From positions 1-43,951 of the forward strand of contig JAYTHU010000025.1 in assembly GCA_043732305.1 (NCBI GenBank): 43,951 nt of DNA, written 5' to 3'. The translations under genes and the position numbers were made by a program. Positions 1 to 10,004 of this stretch are shown in pieces (position 1 is the stretch's first letter; every line of letters starts with the position of its first letter). The notes under the pieces were generated by a model. It was given only the letters and a program-made list of their open reading frames with translations, was not told the origin of the DNA and made no database searches. This DNA comes from Oligoflexia bacterium. Lineage in GTDB: Bacteria > Bdellovibrionota > Bdellovibrionia > JABDDW01.

Positions 1-115
1 AGACGAGGTGGCATCTCGACAATCGCCCAAGCCATTCGAAACTTTGGATACGACAAAAGAAAACTTTTCTCGTTTATTGGATTAAATCTTGCGGCGCAAC
101 AATGAATTAGCCGTG
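1..115 (+). mobile_element. Right end of a probable ISAs1-family insertion sequence (transposase C-terminus plus right inverted repeat), truncated by the window edge
   Basis: Frame +1 reads RRGGISTIAQAIRNFGYDKRKLFSFIGLNLAAQQ* (stop 103-105), resembling ISAs1 transposase C-termini. It ends in AATGAATTAGCCGTG (101-115; reverse complement starts CACGGC), an ISAs1-type terminus. Unrelated repeat-protein coding sequence starts abruptly afterwards. Confidence 0.65.
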
Positions 116-966
116 GGGGAGGCCCCAACGGGATCAATTTTAATAGTGCCCAAAGTGAGTACTTCCCCCACCTTCTTGATAATGGGGGTATTCTTTACAA
201 TCTGTGGATTGGAGCAAATTCCGGAGAGGCTAGAGCAGCATCCTACAATGGAAATGATGGGGCGCCAGCTTGGACTTTTGTGGATGGAGGAGTAGCCGCA
301 AGCAGTGTCAATTACATTAGTCCCTCCGCCGCTTACCCCGGAGGCACCGTGTTTAACGGAACCCTCTTTTGGACATTTAGTGAAAAAAAGGCGGCATTCA
401 ACTTTTCCTATCAAGAGCGGGTGAATAAATATAACGGAGGATCTTCCTATACTTTTGTCGATGGCAATGCCGGCACGGGACTCAACTATAACACTAGTAA
501 TGATGCCGATTACCCCGTCCTGCAGGTCTTTAACAACAAACTCTACAGCGGGTGGCAAGAGAACGGCGCCGTAGGGCAAAACCATTTGGATGTCTATGGG
601 GGAGGATCCACATGGACTCAAGTTAGCCCCGCCCTCGGTTTTAACTATAATACAGCATCTGACGCACAATCTTTTAACACTGCTCTTTTTGGTGGTCGTC
701 TTTATGCCGCTTGGGGTGAACAAGACACTGCCAAGTATCAACTTCGAGTTGCTGATTACAATAGCAATGACGCTGCGCCGGCCTTTACATTTGTAGATGG
801 AAATATTGTCACGGGTTTAAATTTTGACACGGCCCAAGACGCTTCTTATAATGCCGGTTTTCTCACTGTCCCGGCCCTTGTTACATTGAACAATGGGCTC
901 TATGTTCTCTGGATAGAGCAGAACGCCGTTGGCAAGCATCAAATCCGCGTCTCTGTTGGACGCTAA
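116..966 (+). pseudogene. 3' remnant of a repeat (probable beta-propeller) protein gene interrupted by the IS
   Basis: Frame +1 is open from 106 to 966. Repeat units ([WYF]TFVDG, G[IL]N[FY][ND], LYxxWxE) are already present at about 118-285 (GGPNGINFN...YNGNDGAPAWTFVDG), upstream of the GTG at 280 called by the ORF track. No start codon or signal peptide precedes these repeats. Confidence 0.7.
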
Positions 967-983
967 CAAAGTAATTCTCGTCA

Positions 984-1571
984 TTATTTGACCCAGTGGA
1001 CCTTGCAACAAGCTTCTTTGATTGTTGTTACTTCTTGCAGGTAAGCTTGACCAAGATCCCGAGCAAAGTCCGAAGGCTTGATTCCTAAATCGCTCAACGA
1101 AGCTGTCTTAACAGGAGTGCCTTCGTTTGAAACATTCACCGCAAAATGAATGAGTGCAGAGACCGGAGAAACAGTGGCGATACTGATAGAAAGTTTGCCA
1201 TCTGCAACGTAGATATCATCCCCTTCCCGTCTCAACAAATTATGTGAATCATCATTTGATGTTTTTGATTTGTTCACTTGGTTTTGAACGATCAATTCGA
1301 AAGCTAGCGCTGCTAGCAAACGTTGGCGCGTGACAGCAAGCTCCATCGACATTCCAAATTCTTCCACAATGAAATGCAACATATGCGAACCACAGATTTT
1401 GCTTCCAGCAAGAAAATCTTCGCCGTCCACCATGTGTTCAAAAGAAATGTCACAAGCACCTTCAAAGGCGATCATAGAATCGCCAAGCAGCCCATGATTT
1501 AAGTAAGCGCAAAGGCTTTTTAATTGAGTGCCATCGTAATCGATTTTTTTACTTATATATTTGAACTTCAT
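984..1571 (-). CDS. DUF366-family protein
   Basis: YDGTQL, GDSMIAFEGAC, MVDGED, MLHFIVE, RREGDDIY, KLSISIAT and IHFAVNV motifs match my recollection of DUF366. It lies directly downstream of queC. Confidence 0.8.
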   Translation of the reverse strand: MKFKYISKKIDYDGTQLKSLCAYLNHGLLGDSMIAFEGACDISFEHMVDGEDFLAGSKICGSHMLHFIVEEFGMSMELAVTRQRLLAALAFELIVQNQVNKSKTSNDDSHNLLRREGDDIYVADGKLSISIATVSPVSALIHFAVNVSNEGTPVKTASLSDLGIKPSDFARDLGQAYLQEVTTIKEACCKVHWVK

Positions 1572-1592
1572 ATTTGAACTTCCTAGGTTAGC

Positions 1593-2267
1593 TTAGCCCC
1601 AGGGCCAAGCAATTTCGGAGGCTTTGAATGCGCGAGCACTGCGCATGCAGCTCTCGCATTTTCCACAAGGAACATCGCCATCGTGGTAGCAGCTCCATAA
1701 ATCTTTGAAACTAATTTCTAATCTTTTTCCAAGTTTAACAATTTCTATTTTTTCCATCCCCGAAGTGAAACATGCCACTTTCACTTGTGTGAGTGTACTG
1801 AGACTCAAAGAATGTGAAACGGCATCAATGAACGCAGGAGAATTATCCGGAAACGTGGAAGCCTCTTCTTTGTTAAAACCAGGAATAACAAATCCCACGT
1901 TCAATGCTTCAGCGTAACAAGCAGCGATATTAAGGAAAACTCCGTTGCGGTTAGGGACCCATACGGCTTTTGCTGACTTGCGAGTTTCTCCTAAGTTATC
2001 GAGATCCAAAACCACAGGTACGGATGAATCTGTGTTAACCAAAGCAGTGTGGGTGATATTTTTTAACCAAGGAAGATCTATCACTTCGTGATTGATATTG
2101 AGGTGCGCACAAAACTTAGAGGAGGATTTGATTTCTTGTTCTGCCGAACGCTGGCCATAATTGAAGGTCAGCGCGCGAACAACTCGCCCTTCTCTCTGAG
2201 CAGAATAAAGATTCACTACTGAATCAAGTCCGCCAGAAAGAAGAACTATATACTTCAATACATCCAT
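1593..2267 (-). CDS. queC: 7-cyano-7-deazaguanine (preQ0) synthase
   Basis: PP-loop SGGLDS, YGQR, VPNRN, FPD and the C-terminal Zn site SCY...CGKCESC. Confidence 0.95.
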   Translation of the reverse strand: MDVLKYIVLLSGGLDSVVNLYSAQREGRVVRALTFNYGQRSAEQEIKSSSKFCAHLNINHEVIDLPWLKNITHTALVNTDSSVPVVLDLDNLGETRKSAKAVWVPNRNGVFLNIAACYAEALNVGFVIPGFNKEEASTFPDNSPAFIDAVSHSLSLSTLTQVKVACFTSGMEKIEIVKLGKRLEISFKDLWSCYHDGDVPCGKCESCMRSARAFKASEIAWPWG

Positions 2268-2275
2268 AAAAATTA

Positions 2276-2710
2276 TTAGTCAGCGAGCCCAGAAGCTTTG
2301 TCAGAAGTTTTAGCGCCGGCCTTGGGAGCAGCCTTTTTAGGGGCTCTTTTTACTTTGCTTCCAACTTGTTGAGCTTTGACAGAAATCTTGTTGGTGACTT
2401 CTTTAACTTTAGGGTTGTTGATGATTTCTTGAACACGATCGTGTTTCAAAAATTCTTGAACTTTAGGATTTTCAATTAATTTTTTAACTTTAGGATTGTT
2501 CAAAATATCTTGAACGGTTGCATGTTTTGCTTTGTCCAAAAGTTGCGCGAGATGCTTGGTGATTTCTTTCTGAGAAAGATCTTTTTGAGCTTTCTTAGTG
2601 ATATCAGCCACAATCACATTCAACTGATGTGCAGCCAAAAGCGCAGAGGATTTAATATTTTTTTTGATTTCTTCGAAATCGAGAGAAATTTTTGACGATT
2701 GTTTAGCCAT
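2276..2710 (-). CDS. Lys-rich hypothetical protein with NPKV repeats and an Ala/Lys/Pro tail
   Basis: ORF inside the operon. The ATG at 2710 (MAKQSS) is preceded by the SD AGGAGG. Confidence 0.65.
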   Translation of the reverse strand: MAKQSSKISLDFEEIKKNIKSSALLAAHQLNVIVADITKKAQKDLSQKEITKHLAQLLDKAKHATVQDILNNPKVKKLIENPKVQEFLKHDRVQEIINNPKVKEVTNKISVKAQQVGSKVKRAPKKAAPKAGAKTSDKASGLAD

Positions 2711-2761
2711 GATTCGAGCCCTCCTACAGACTCTATTGCCCCACAAATATGCCAAAATGTA

Positions 2762-4486
2762 TCATGACTCCAATTTTAAGTCACGAATAAAAAGCTGCAA
2801 ACGCTTCGAACCTTGCCAGTAATTCCATGAAGGCTCAACTAGAAAACTATGATCTTCCCCGGACAAATTAAATTCTTTAGTTTTTGATTTAGTGAAATAT
2901 TCCAAGCGGTTCTTGGCAAAAAAACTGATGCCTTCTACTAAACCATTTTTAGTTCTGAACTGCATTTTAAGATGCACATCCTTAAGCCACTGGTGCTTAA
3001 CCACCAAGGGTCTTTTAATCAGAAATATGGGCAGAATATTACTTGTCCCATAAGGCCCCAATTGAGCGAGCCACCCCATCATGGTTTCGTCGAACTCTTC
3101 AATCGAAGCTTCAACGTCATACTTCCACGCGCCCTTACTAGCAAGCGTACCAGAGCCAGCCAATCCAACCGACAACGCAGCATTTTTTAAGTTGTAATAC
3201 TCCAGAACGCCCGCTTTGAAATTCTCAAAACCGTCGGGTTCAACCGAGAATCCAGCAGCCTGAGCGTGACCACCGAATCGCTTCAGACAACCCGGAAACT
3301 TGGTGTTCGCAAAAGCCATTGCGTCCGGGAGACCATCTTCCTCACGGCCACGAGCACTTCCTGCCATTTCTGTGTCTGTTATAGCTACAATAAAACTTGG
3401 CTTGCCACTTAGCTCACTTGCTTTCGTTGCGGCAAGTCCTACAACTCCAGCATGTCCGGGTGCTTTCAGTACTATTGCGGGGTTTTCTAATTCTTCCGCA
3501 GTGAGTTGTTCTATGATTTTTTCTTGAAGTTCTTCTTGGATTTTTTTTCGCTCTTCGTTAAGTTTCAAAACTTCGCGAGCCATAGGACCAGCTTTAACAA
3601 TGTCATCCGCCATCAGAATGTCCAGAGGCCTGAGGCCCCTTTCCAAACGTGCGAGTGCATTGAGCTTAGGGCCGATGGAAAATGCAATGTCTTGTGCGTC
3701 AAGTTCGCGGTTAGTCAGTTCCAGTGCCGCCACCAAAGCCTGCAGGCCAGGGCGCTGGGTCTCCGACAAGACTTTCAAGCCATGCTTGAGCAAGATTCTG
3801 TTTTCTTTGATTAAGGGAACAAGATCCGTCACGGTGCCAATCGAATAGAGATCGAGAAGATTTTTAAGATCAAACGTCACACCTAATTCTCTTTTGAGCG
3901 CCATGATCAGATAAAAACCGACGCCCACCCCGCAAAGATGGCCAAGCCCGGATTCGCAAGTGCCCTTATTTGGATTGAGAAGTGCCACGCAATTTGGCAA
4001 AATTTCGCGAGGCAAATGGTGATCCGTAATAATCAGATCAAGCCCAAGTTCCTTCGCGTAAATAGCCTCATCCACTGCTGTGATTCCGCAGTCAACACTG
4101 ACTACCAAGCGGTCCCCGCGATCATAAATTTTCTTGAGGGCTTCTTTGTGAATGCCATAACCTTCGGTGAATCTTGAAGGCTGGTAAAAACTAACATTGT
4201 CAAATCCAAGGCCATCAAAGGCAGAAACAAGTAGCGCAATGCCAGAATTGCCGTCGAGATCATAGTCACCATAAACACAGATATTTTCTTGTTTTTCCCA
4301 AGCCAAGCGAAGGCGATTGAGGGCTTTATCCATCCCGTCGATTTTCAGCGGATCAGTGAGATCTTTGAGACTGGGAGCAAGAAACTTTTCGATCTCGACG
4401 TCCGTGTGCAAACCGCGAACTTCCAAAAGCCGCTTGATTATTGGCGGCATTTGGAACCCAGAATTCAAGACGACTTCAAGCGGCAT
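2762..4486 (-). CDS. recJ: Single-stranded-DNA-specific exonuclease RecJ
   Basis: GDYDLDG, VDCG, ITDHH, GSAR and FGGHAQAAG motifs; usual position after secF. Confidence 0.96.
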   Translation of the reverse strand: MPLEVVLNSGFQMPPIIKRLLEVRGLHTDVEIEKFLAPSLKDLTDPLKIDGMDKALNRLRLAWEKQENICVYGDYDLDGNSGIALLVSAFDGLGFDNVSFYQPSRFTEGYGIHKEALKKIYDRGDRLVVSVDCGITAVDEAIYAKELGLDLIITDHHLPREILPNCVALLNPNKGTCESGLGHLCGVGVGFYLIMALKRELGVTFDLKNLLDLYSIGTVTDLVPLIKENRILLKHGLKVLSETQRPGLQALVAALELTNRELDAQDIAFSIGPKLNALARLERGLRPLDILMADDIVKAGPMAREVLKLNEERKKIQEELQEKIIEQLTAEELENPAIVLKAPGHAGVVGLAATKASELSGKPSFIVAITDTEMAGSARGREEDGLPDAMAFANTKFPGCLKRFGGHAQAAGFSVEPDGFENFKAGVLEYYNLKNAALSVGLAGSGTLASKGAWKYDVEASIEEFDETMMGWLAQLGPYGTSNILPIFLIKRPLVVKHQWLKDVHLKMQFRTKNGLVEGISFFAKNRLEYFTKSKTKEFNLSGEDHSFLVEPSWNYWQGSKRLQLFIRDLKLES

Positions 4487-4489
4487 TCG

Positions 4490-5470
4490 TTACGCGCGAG
4501 CCTTGGCTGGGTCTTTTTTCCATTTATCAAGAACAAGAATGAATGGACTTGCTACGTAGATAGAAGAGTAAGTTCCAAGAATAACTCCGACCATCATCGC
4601 GAACGCAAATTCTTCGATCACGCCACCTGCAAACAAATACAGGGAAAGTGTGGCCAAGAAAACCGTGAAGCTTGTGAGAATAGTTCTATTCAAGGTGTCA
4701 TTGATGCTCTTATTGATGAGTTCTCCCAATGGACGTCCTTTGAAATGCGCAAAAGTTTCGCGTATTCGGTCAAAGACGACAATAGTGTCATTGAGCGAAT
4801 AGCCCATAATCGTAAGAATCGCCGCCATGATCTGAATGTTCACTTCTTTTTGGAGAAGTGAGAAAACTCCAAGTGTCACAATCGCATCATGAAAAAGGCA
4901 AATGACTGCACCAGGAGCAAATTTGTAATCAAATCTCAAACCAACGTAAATCAAGATACACAAAATTGAGTAGAACACAGCGAGAACGCCATTTCTTTTC
5001 AGCTGATTACCCACTTGAGGACCAACAGTGTCGATGCGTCGAATTTCAATTCCAGGATACATGACCTTGAGTGAACCTTGAACTTTTTCAATAGATTCCT
5101 TGAGCTTGTAGTTAGTGTCTTTGTCATCAATGCCACGAGGTGCTGGCAACCGAATCAAATACTCTTCACTGCCAGCTCCAGAAAATGATTGCACGACAGG
5201 GTCTTTGAAACCTTGTTTCTCGACGAATTTTCTCAACTCGTCAATATGGACGGATTGAGCGAACTTCACCTGAACTTCCGTACCACCGGAAAAATCAATT
5301 CCATAATTGAGTCCACGAGTGAAAATGAGAACGAGTGAAATTAACGTAAGTCCAATACTCACCGTGCTCCAAAGGCCGATCCATTTGACGAAATCTATTT
5401 TCAAGATTTCGTGATCGGCGTGGGCGGTGTGAGTTTCTTTTTGCGCAGCTGTTTCAGTTGTTTTTGCCAT
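4490..5470 (-). CDS. secF: Protein translocase subunit SecF
   Basis: GIDFSGGT, VGPQVG and GYSLNDTIVVFDRIRE. Confidence 0.97.
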   Translation of the reverse strand: MAKTTETAAQKETHTAHADHEILKIDFVKWIGLWSTVSIGLTLISLVLIFTRGLNYGIDFSGGTEVQVKFAQSVHIDELRKFVEKQGFKDPVVQSFSGAGSEEYLIRLPAPRGIDDKDTNYKLKESIEKVQGSLKVMYPGIEIRRIDTVGPQVGNQLKRNGVLAVFYSILCILIYVGLRFDYKFAPGAVICLFHDAIVTLGVFSLLQKEVNIQIMAAILTIMGYSLNDTIVVFDRIRETFAHFKGRPLGELINKSINDTLNRTILTSFTVFLATLSLYLFAGGVIEEFAFAMMVGVILGTYSSIYVASPFILVLDKWKKDPAKARA

Positions 5471-5488
5471 TTTTTATTTTCCTTAGTC

Positions 5489-7183
5489 TTAAACGCTGAT
5501 TTTCTTAAATCCAACTTTGTCGATCAAAACGTCAATCAATGTTCGGGTCACAAATATGGCCGTGAACATGGATGTGAAAATACCAGTGACGAGTGTGACC
5601 GCAAAACCTTTGACCGCGCCTGTTCCGTAATGCATCAAGATTAAACTTGTGATGGCGGAGCAAACGTTAGCATCGAAGATCGCCCAAAACGCTTTGTCGA
5701 ATCCAAGTTTAATGGCGGCTCGATTGCTCGCGCCTCTTCGTAATTCCTCACGTATTCGCTCGAAGATAATCACGTTGGCATCAACGGCCATACCAATGGT
5801 GAGAGCAATACCGGCGATTCCAGGAAGCGTAAGAGTCGCATCAAGTGCGGTAAGAACTGCAAGAATCAAAAAGACGTTGATGGCGAGTGCAAGATCCGCA
5901 AGAAGTCCGGCACCTTTGTAGTAAAACACCATGAACAAAACAATGAGGATCGCGCCAATATAGCTGGCCTTGATTCCCTTGTTGATACTGTCTGCACCAA
6001 GTGTGGGACCGACGGTTCGTTCTTCCAATTGCTCAAGTGCCGCAGGCAACGCACCCGCTCTGAGAGCCATGGAAATTCCGCGTGCATCAGCCATCATCGC
6101 ATTGTAATCCTTGGCAGAACCAAGGGTGATCATCGCGTTGCCACCGGAAATTTTTCCGTTAATATTGGGTGCGGTGTAAACCACGTTGTCCAAAATAACA
6201 GCCATACGTTTGTGGATATTTTCGCCAGTGATTTGCGCAAATTTCGCAGACCCTTCGGCGTTAAACGAAAGCGAAACGTAGGGAGAGTTGTCTTCATGAT
6301 TCATAGTGACGCCAGCGTCTTTAAGACTATCGCCAGCGAGAGGAACTTCGTCTTTCAAAAGATAAGGAATTTTTCCAGCAGTGATATCAGTTGCATTTTC
6401 ATTCTTGCCGAAGAGGACAATGGTCCCAGCAGGCAATTTTAATTTCATGTCTGTTTGCAGGCGTTTGATATATTCGCTGTATTTCAGAGATTTGATAGTA
6501 TAGCCGCCAGCTTTTTCAGTTTCAGCGACGATATTAGCTAACTGTGAAGGATTGAGTTGTTCATCAACAATTCTGAACTCTAAGCGTGCTGTGCGATTGA
6601 TTAATTCTTTCGCTCTGGAAGCATCTTGAATTCCGGGGAGCTGAATCAATATGCGATTGTCTCCCTGTGCAGTGATGCTGGGCTCGCTCACACCAAATTC
6701 GTCGATTCGATTTCGGATTGTTTCGATACTTTGATCGATCGTGCGTTTTTTCAGATCGTTGACGAAAAGATCACTGTAGTGAACAGTCATTTCTGTTGAG
6801 CTCGAAGACATGATGTTCAAATTCGTACCGTAGTACTGAGTGATCATGTCCTTAAGCTTAGATTCGAAAGGCCCGGAATATTTCAGAACCACACTGAGAC
6901 CGTCATTGGATTTTTCATCCCGAGCGACGTTTGTGACAGGAATTTGCTTTTCTTTCGCCAAACTATTGATGGTGTCCGCCATGCGGCCCGTGGTTTCTTT
7001 CAAAACTGCAGGAACATCGACGCCCATCACCAAATACAAACCGCCTTGAATATCTAAGCCGTAACGAATTTTATCTTTCGTTGGCCACCAAGAGATTTGT
7101 GCAAAGTTGGGTACAAAAAACAGGATCGCCACCGCCAAAACTAAAATGATGGTGATCAGACGACCAGAAATTCCTCGGTTCAT
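5489..7183 (-). CDS. secD: Protein translocase subunit SecD
   Basis: GLDIQGG, RIDEFGVSEP, LRAGALPA and TLTLPGIAG...GMAVDANVIIFERIREE. Confidence 0.97.
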   Translation of the reverse strand: MNRGISGRLITIILVLAVAILFFVPNFAQISWWPTKDKIRYGLDIQGGLYLVMGVDVPAVLKETTGRMADTINSLAKEKQIPVTNVARDEKSNDGLSVVLKYSGPFESKLKDMITQYYGTNLNIMSSSSTEMTVHYSDLFVNDLKKRTIDQSIETIRNRIDEFGVSEPSITAQGDNRILIQLPGIQDASRAKELINRTARLEFRIVDEQLNPSQLANIVAETEKAGGYTIKSLKYSEYIKRLQTDMKLKLPAGTIVLFGKNENATDITAGKIPYLLKDEVPLAGDSLKDAGVTMNHEDNSPYVSLSFNAEGSAKFAQITGENIHKRMAVILDNVVYTAPNINGKISGGNAMITLGSAKDYNAMMADARGISMALRAGALPAALEQLEERTVGPTLGADSINKGIKASYIGAILIVLFMVFYYKGAGLLADLALAINVFLILAVLTALDATLTLPGIAGIALTIGMAVDANVIIFERIREELRRGASNRAAIKLGFDKAFWAIFDANVCSAITSLILMHYGTGAVKGFAVTLVTGIFTSMFTAIFVTRTLIDVLIDKVGFKKISV

Positions 7184-7572
7184 GTATTGGCTCCTTTATT
7201 TACCACTGCTGCTGTTGCGGAAACTTCTTCAGATGCTTTTTTCAAAACTTGAGTTCGTAAAATTTTGATTTTGACGTTGTCTGCAATTTCGAGTGTGAGA
7301 ACTTTGTCGGTAAGTCCGGCGATCTTACCGTAAATTCCACCGCTGGTGATCACTTCGTCACCACGTTTGAGGGATGTCAGCATTGCAGCCTGTTCTTTTC
7401 CACGTTTTTGTTGTGGTCTCCAAACGAGCAAATAAAAAATCCCCATCATGAAAACGAGTGGCAACAAAAATGCTTCCATTGATGAAGGTGTGCTAGCTGG
7501 AACGGCTTGGGCAAATGCGGTTTTTGAAATTAGTATCAAAAAAGAAAATGAAAATAGTGCAAGCTTTTGCAT
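7180..7572 (-). CDS. yajC: Preprotein translocase subunit YajC
   Basis: FYLLVWRPQQKR and LKRGDEVITSGGIYG; located between tgt and secD. Confidence 0.95.
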   Translation of the reverse strand: MQKLALFSFSFLILISKTAFAQAVPASTPSSMEAFLLPLVFMMGIFYLLVWRPQQKRGKEQAAMLTSLKRGDEVITSGGIYGKIAGLTDKVLTLEIADNVKIKILRTQVLKKASEEVSATAAVVNKGANT

Positions 7573-7797
7573 TTAAAACTCCTAGCGGCCAAAATGATCT
7601 TCGGCCTTTGTAAAAATTCAAGATTTCTAAGAGCGTCACACGAGTATTCTAACAAATCAATAGCTAAGGATGGTGGCGCGGAGCGCAATTTCGCAACCTG
7701 GATAGGCGCAATTTCGGCGAAACGCCAGGACTTTGAATACAGGGAAATCAAGACGGAATATATTTGCAATTCGAAACAAGGAGGACTTGTCGCGCGG

Positions 7798-8916
7798 CTA
7801 GTTCGCCGAGTTCCCGCGCGGCAAAACCTTCGCGGTCCACTGAACAAAATACTCCGGCCATTCGCCGCGTTCGAGAGCGAGGCGTGCGCCCTTCATAAGA
7901 TGATTGAAGAAATATAGGTTGTGAAAAGTGAGTAAGTGCGCAGCCAAAATTTCGTCATTCATGAAAAGATGTCGAAGATAAGCGCGCGAATAACCGGCAC
8001 AAACTTTACATTCACAATCGGGATCAAGCGGCGATGGATCGCGCGTATGCGCAGCTTGCTTGATGCTCACTCCCCCAACGGAAGTGAAACAATTTCCATT
8101 TCGCGCATTTCGCGTGGGAATAACGCAGTCAAACATATCAATACCCGAATTTATTCCTACCAACAAATCAAGGGGAGTCCCCACGCCCATCAGGTAGCGG
8201 GGTTTGTCTTCGGGTAAAAGTGGCGCAACTGAACGTGTCATCTCATGCATGATCGGAATAGGTTCGCCCACGCTCAGACCACCAATAGCATAACCATCGC
8301 AATCGACTTCTCGCAAAAGATCCACACTTCGCGCGCGCAAATCTAAATGCATTCCACCTTGAACAATTCCAAAAAATAAACTTTCGGAACGAGTCATCGC
8401 CTCGCGCGATCGCTTAGCCCAACGCATAGAAAGTTCCATGCTCTTCTCCACTTCATCGCGGGTTGCCTCGGCCGGCGTGCATTCATCAAACGCCATAATT
8501 ATATCAGCACCCAAATCCATTTGAATCTGCATACTGATTTCGGGCGATAAAAATAACTTTGTGCCATCGTAATGACTTCTAAATTCCACTCCGTCTTCTG
8601 TGAGCTTCCGAATTTTTGATAAACTAAAAACTTGAAAACCACCACTGTCTGTAAGAATGGATTTGTTCCAGTTCATGAATTTATGAAGACCACCAAGTTC
8701 TTTGACAATTCCTTCGCCAGGTCGCAAATGCAGGTGATAGGTGTTTCCAAGAATAATTTCAAAACCAATCTGATGAAGATCATCCACCGTCATTGCTTTA
8801 ACCGTGGCTTTAGTCCCAACGGGCATAAACACGGGAGTTTGAATGGTATTTTTATTTGTGGTGAGCTGACCACGACGGGCTTGCCCTTGGCGATTTTGTA
8901 CTTCAAAAACTTTCAT
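7798..8916 (-). CDS. tgt: tRNA-guanine transglycosylase
   Basis: TPVFMPVGT, NTYHL, TDSGGFQ, GIVQGG, GGLSVGE, DMFDCV and Zn site CECKVC...H. Confidence 0.98.
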   Translation of the reverse strand: MKVFEVQNRQGQARRGQLTTNKNTIQTPVFMPVGTKATVKAMTVDDLHQIGFEIILGNTYHLHLRPGEGIVKELGGLHKFMNWNKSILTDSGGFQVFSLSKIRKLTEDGVEFRSHYDGTKLFLSPEISMQIQMDLGADIIMAFDECTPAEATRDEVEKSMELSMRWAKRSREAMTRSESLFFGIVQGGMHLDLRARSVDLLREVDCDGYAIGGLSVGEPIPIMHEMTRSVAPLLPEDKPRYLMGVGTPLDLLVGINSGIDMFDCVIPTRNARNGNCFTSVGGVSIKQAAHTRDPSPLDPDCECKVCAGYSRAYLRHLFMNDEILAAHLLTFHNLYFFNHLMKGARLALERGEWPEYFVQWTAKVLPRGNSAN

Positions 8917-10004
8917 ACAATGACAGTTAAATCACCGTAAGAGAAAAGTCTAAACTTCTTTTCAATAGCGAGCGCGTAAGCTCTCAAAATTTTGTCGATA
9001 GCGGCTGTTTCGCCCGTTAAACTTAATCCTGAGAAGCTTGCAGCTAGAATAAGCAGGCTCGATTGGGGCTGATGGAAATTCGTGAGGAGACCGTCGACGA
9101 TTTTAAACTCAAAGCCAGGTTTAATAAATAAATTAGTCTCGCCACTATAACCTGCTAGCGGCGCTGACTCACCTGCCGCGATCTTTCCAACAGTTTCCAA
9201 AGCGCGCATCACCGTCGTGCCGCAGGCCCAAACATTTCCGCCACGCTTTTTTGTTTCCGCAATCGCATCTACAGTCACTTGAGAAACGGTCACTTGCTCG
9301 TGATGAATTTCGTAATCAGCAATATTTTCTGTGTCGATCGGAAGAAACGTCCCCGCCCCCACATGAAGCGTCACATATTCAATTTTCACGCCCAAGGAGA
9401 AAAACTTCTTTAGATTCTCCTCGCTGAAATGAAGACTTGCCGTGGGCGCAGCCACTGAACCCTCGGATTTTTTCTCTTTTGCCCAAACCGTTTGATAACG
9501 TTCGACATCGTCTAAATTATCCATATGGCTTTCTCGCAATGCCAAAATGTAAGGGGGGAGAGGAACATGGCCTTCCTTTTCAAAATAATCAAAAAGTCCA
9601 CCAGGATATTTCTCGATAAATAAAGTCGGATTCAAAATTTCAATCTGTGAAATTTTGTCCGCCACGATGAATTTCGCAGGAATGTTACCTGGCAATAGAA
9701 ATTCTTTCCCAGGCCTTCCCTTCATTCTTTTGGTCAAAACCTCCCATCTGAAATCATCACCAAGCGTGCGCAGGAAAAAAACTTCCTTCTTTCCAATCAG
9801 GAGTCGCGCTTTAAAAACTTTAGTGTCGTTAAGAACAAGCAAGTCGCCGGGGGAAAAAAGAGAGAAGAAATCGGCCCACCCGAGCTCACGAAAGTCGTCA
9901 TTTGCACGCGGAATCAAGAAAATACGTGATTCTCCTCGTGCACAGGGCTGCGTGGCTACAAGATCGGATGGAAATTTAAAATCAAGGCTTGAGGTTTTCA
10001 ACAT
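8913..10004 (-). CDS. queA: S-adenosylmethionine:tRNA ribosyltransferase-isomerase
   Basis: LNDTKV, PLPPYI, RYQTV, GSVAAPTASLHF, TLHVGAGTF, TNFH and FSYGD. The start is moved to the ATG at 10004 (MLKTSSLDF) because the longer ORF overlaps the upstream gene heavily. Confidence 0.95.
   Translation of the reverse strand: MLKTSSLDFKFPSDLVATQPCARGESRIFLIPRANDDFRELGWADFFSLFSPGDLLVLNDTKVFKARLLIGKKEVFFLRTLGDDFRWEVLTKRMKGRPGKEFLLPGNIPAKFIVADKISQIEILNPTLFIEKYPGGLFDYFEKEGHVPLPPYILALRESHMDNLDDVERYQTVWAKEKKSEGSVAAPTASLHFSEENLKKFFSLGVKIEYVTLHVGAGTFLPIDTENIADYEIHHEQVTVSQVTVDAIAETKKRGGNVWACGTTVMRALETVGKIAAGESAPLAGYSGETNLFIKPGFEFKIVDGLLTNFHQPQSSLLILAASFSGLSLTGETAAIDKILRAYALAIEKKFRLFSYGDLTVIV

Noticed and set aside
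82..741. 219-aa minus-strand ORF
   Set aside because: It is the antisense shadow of the plus-strand repeat protein and has no motifs.
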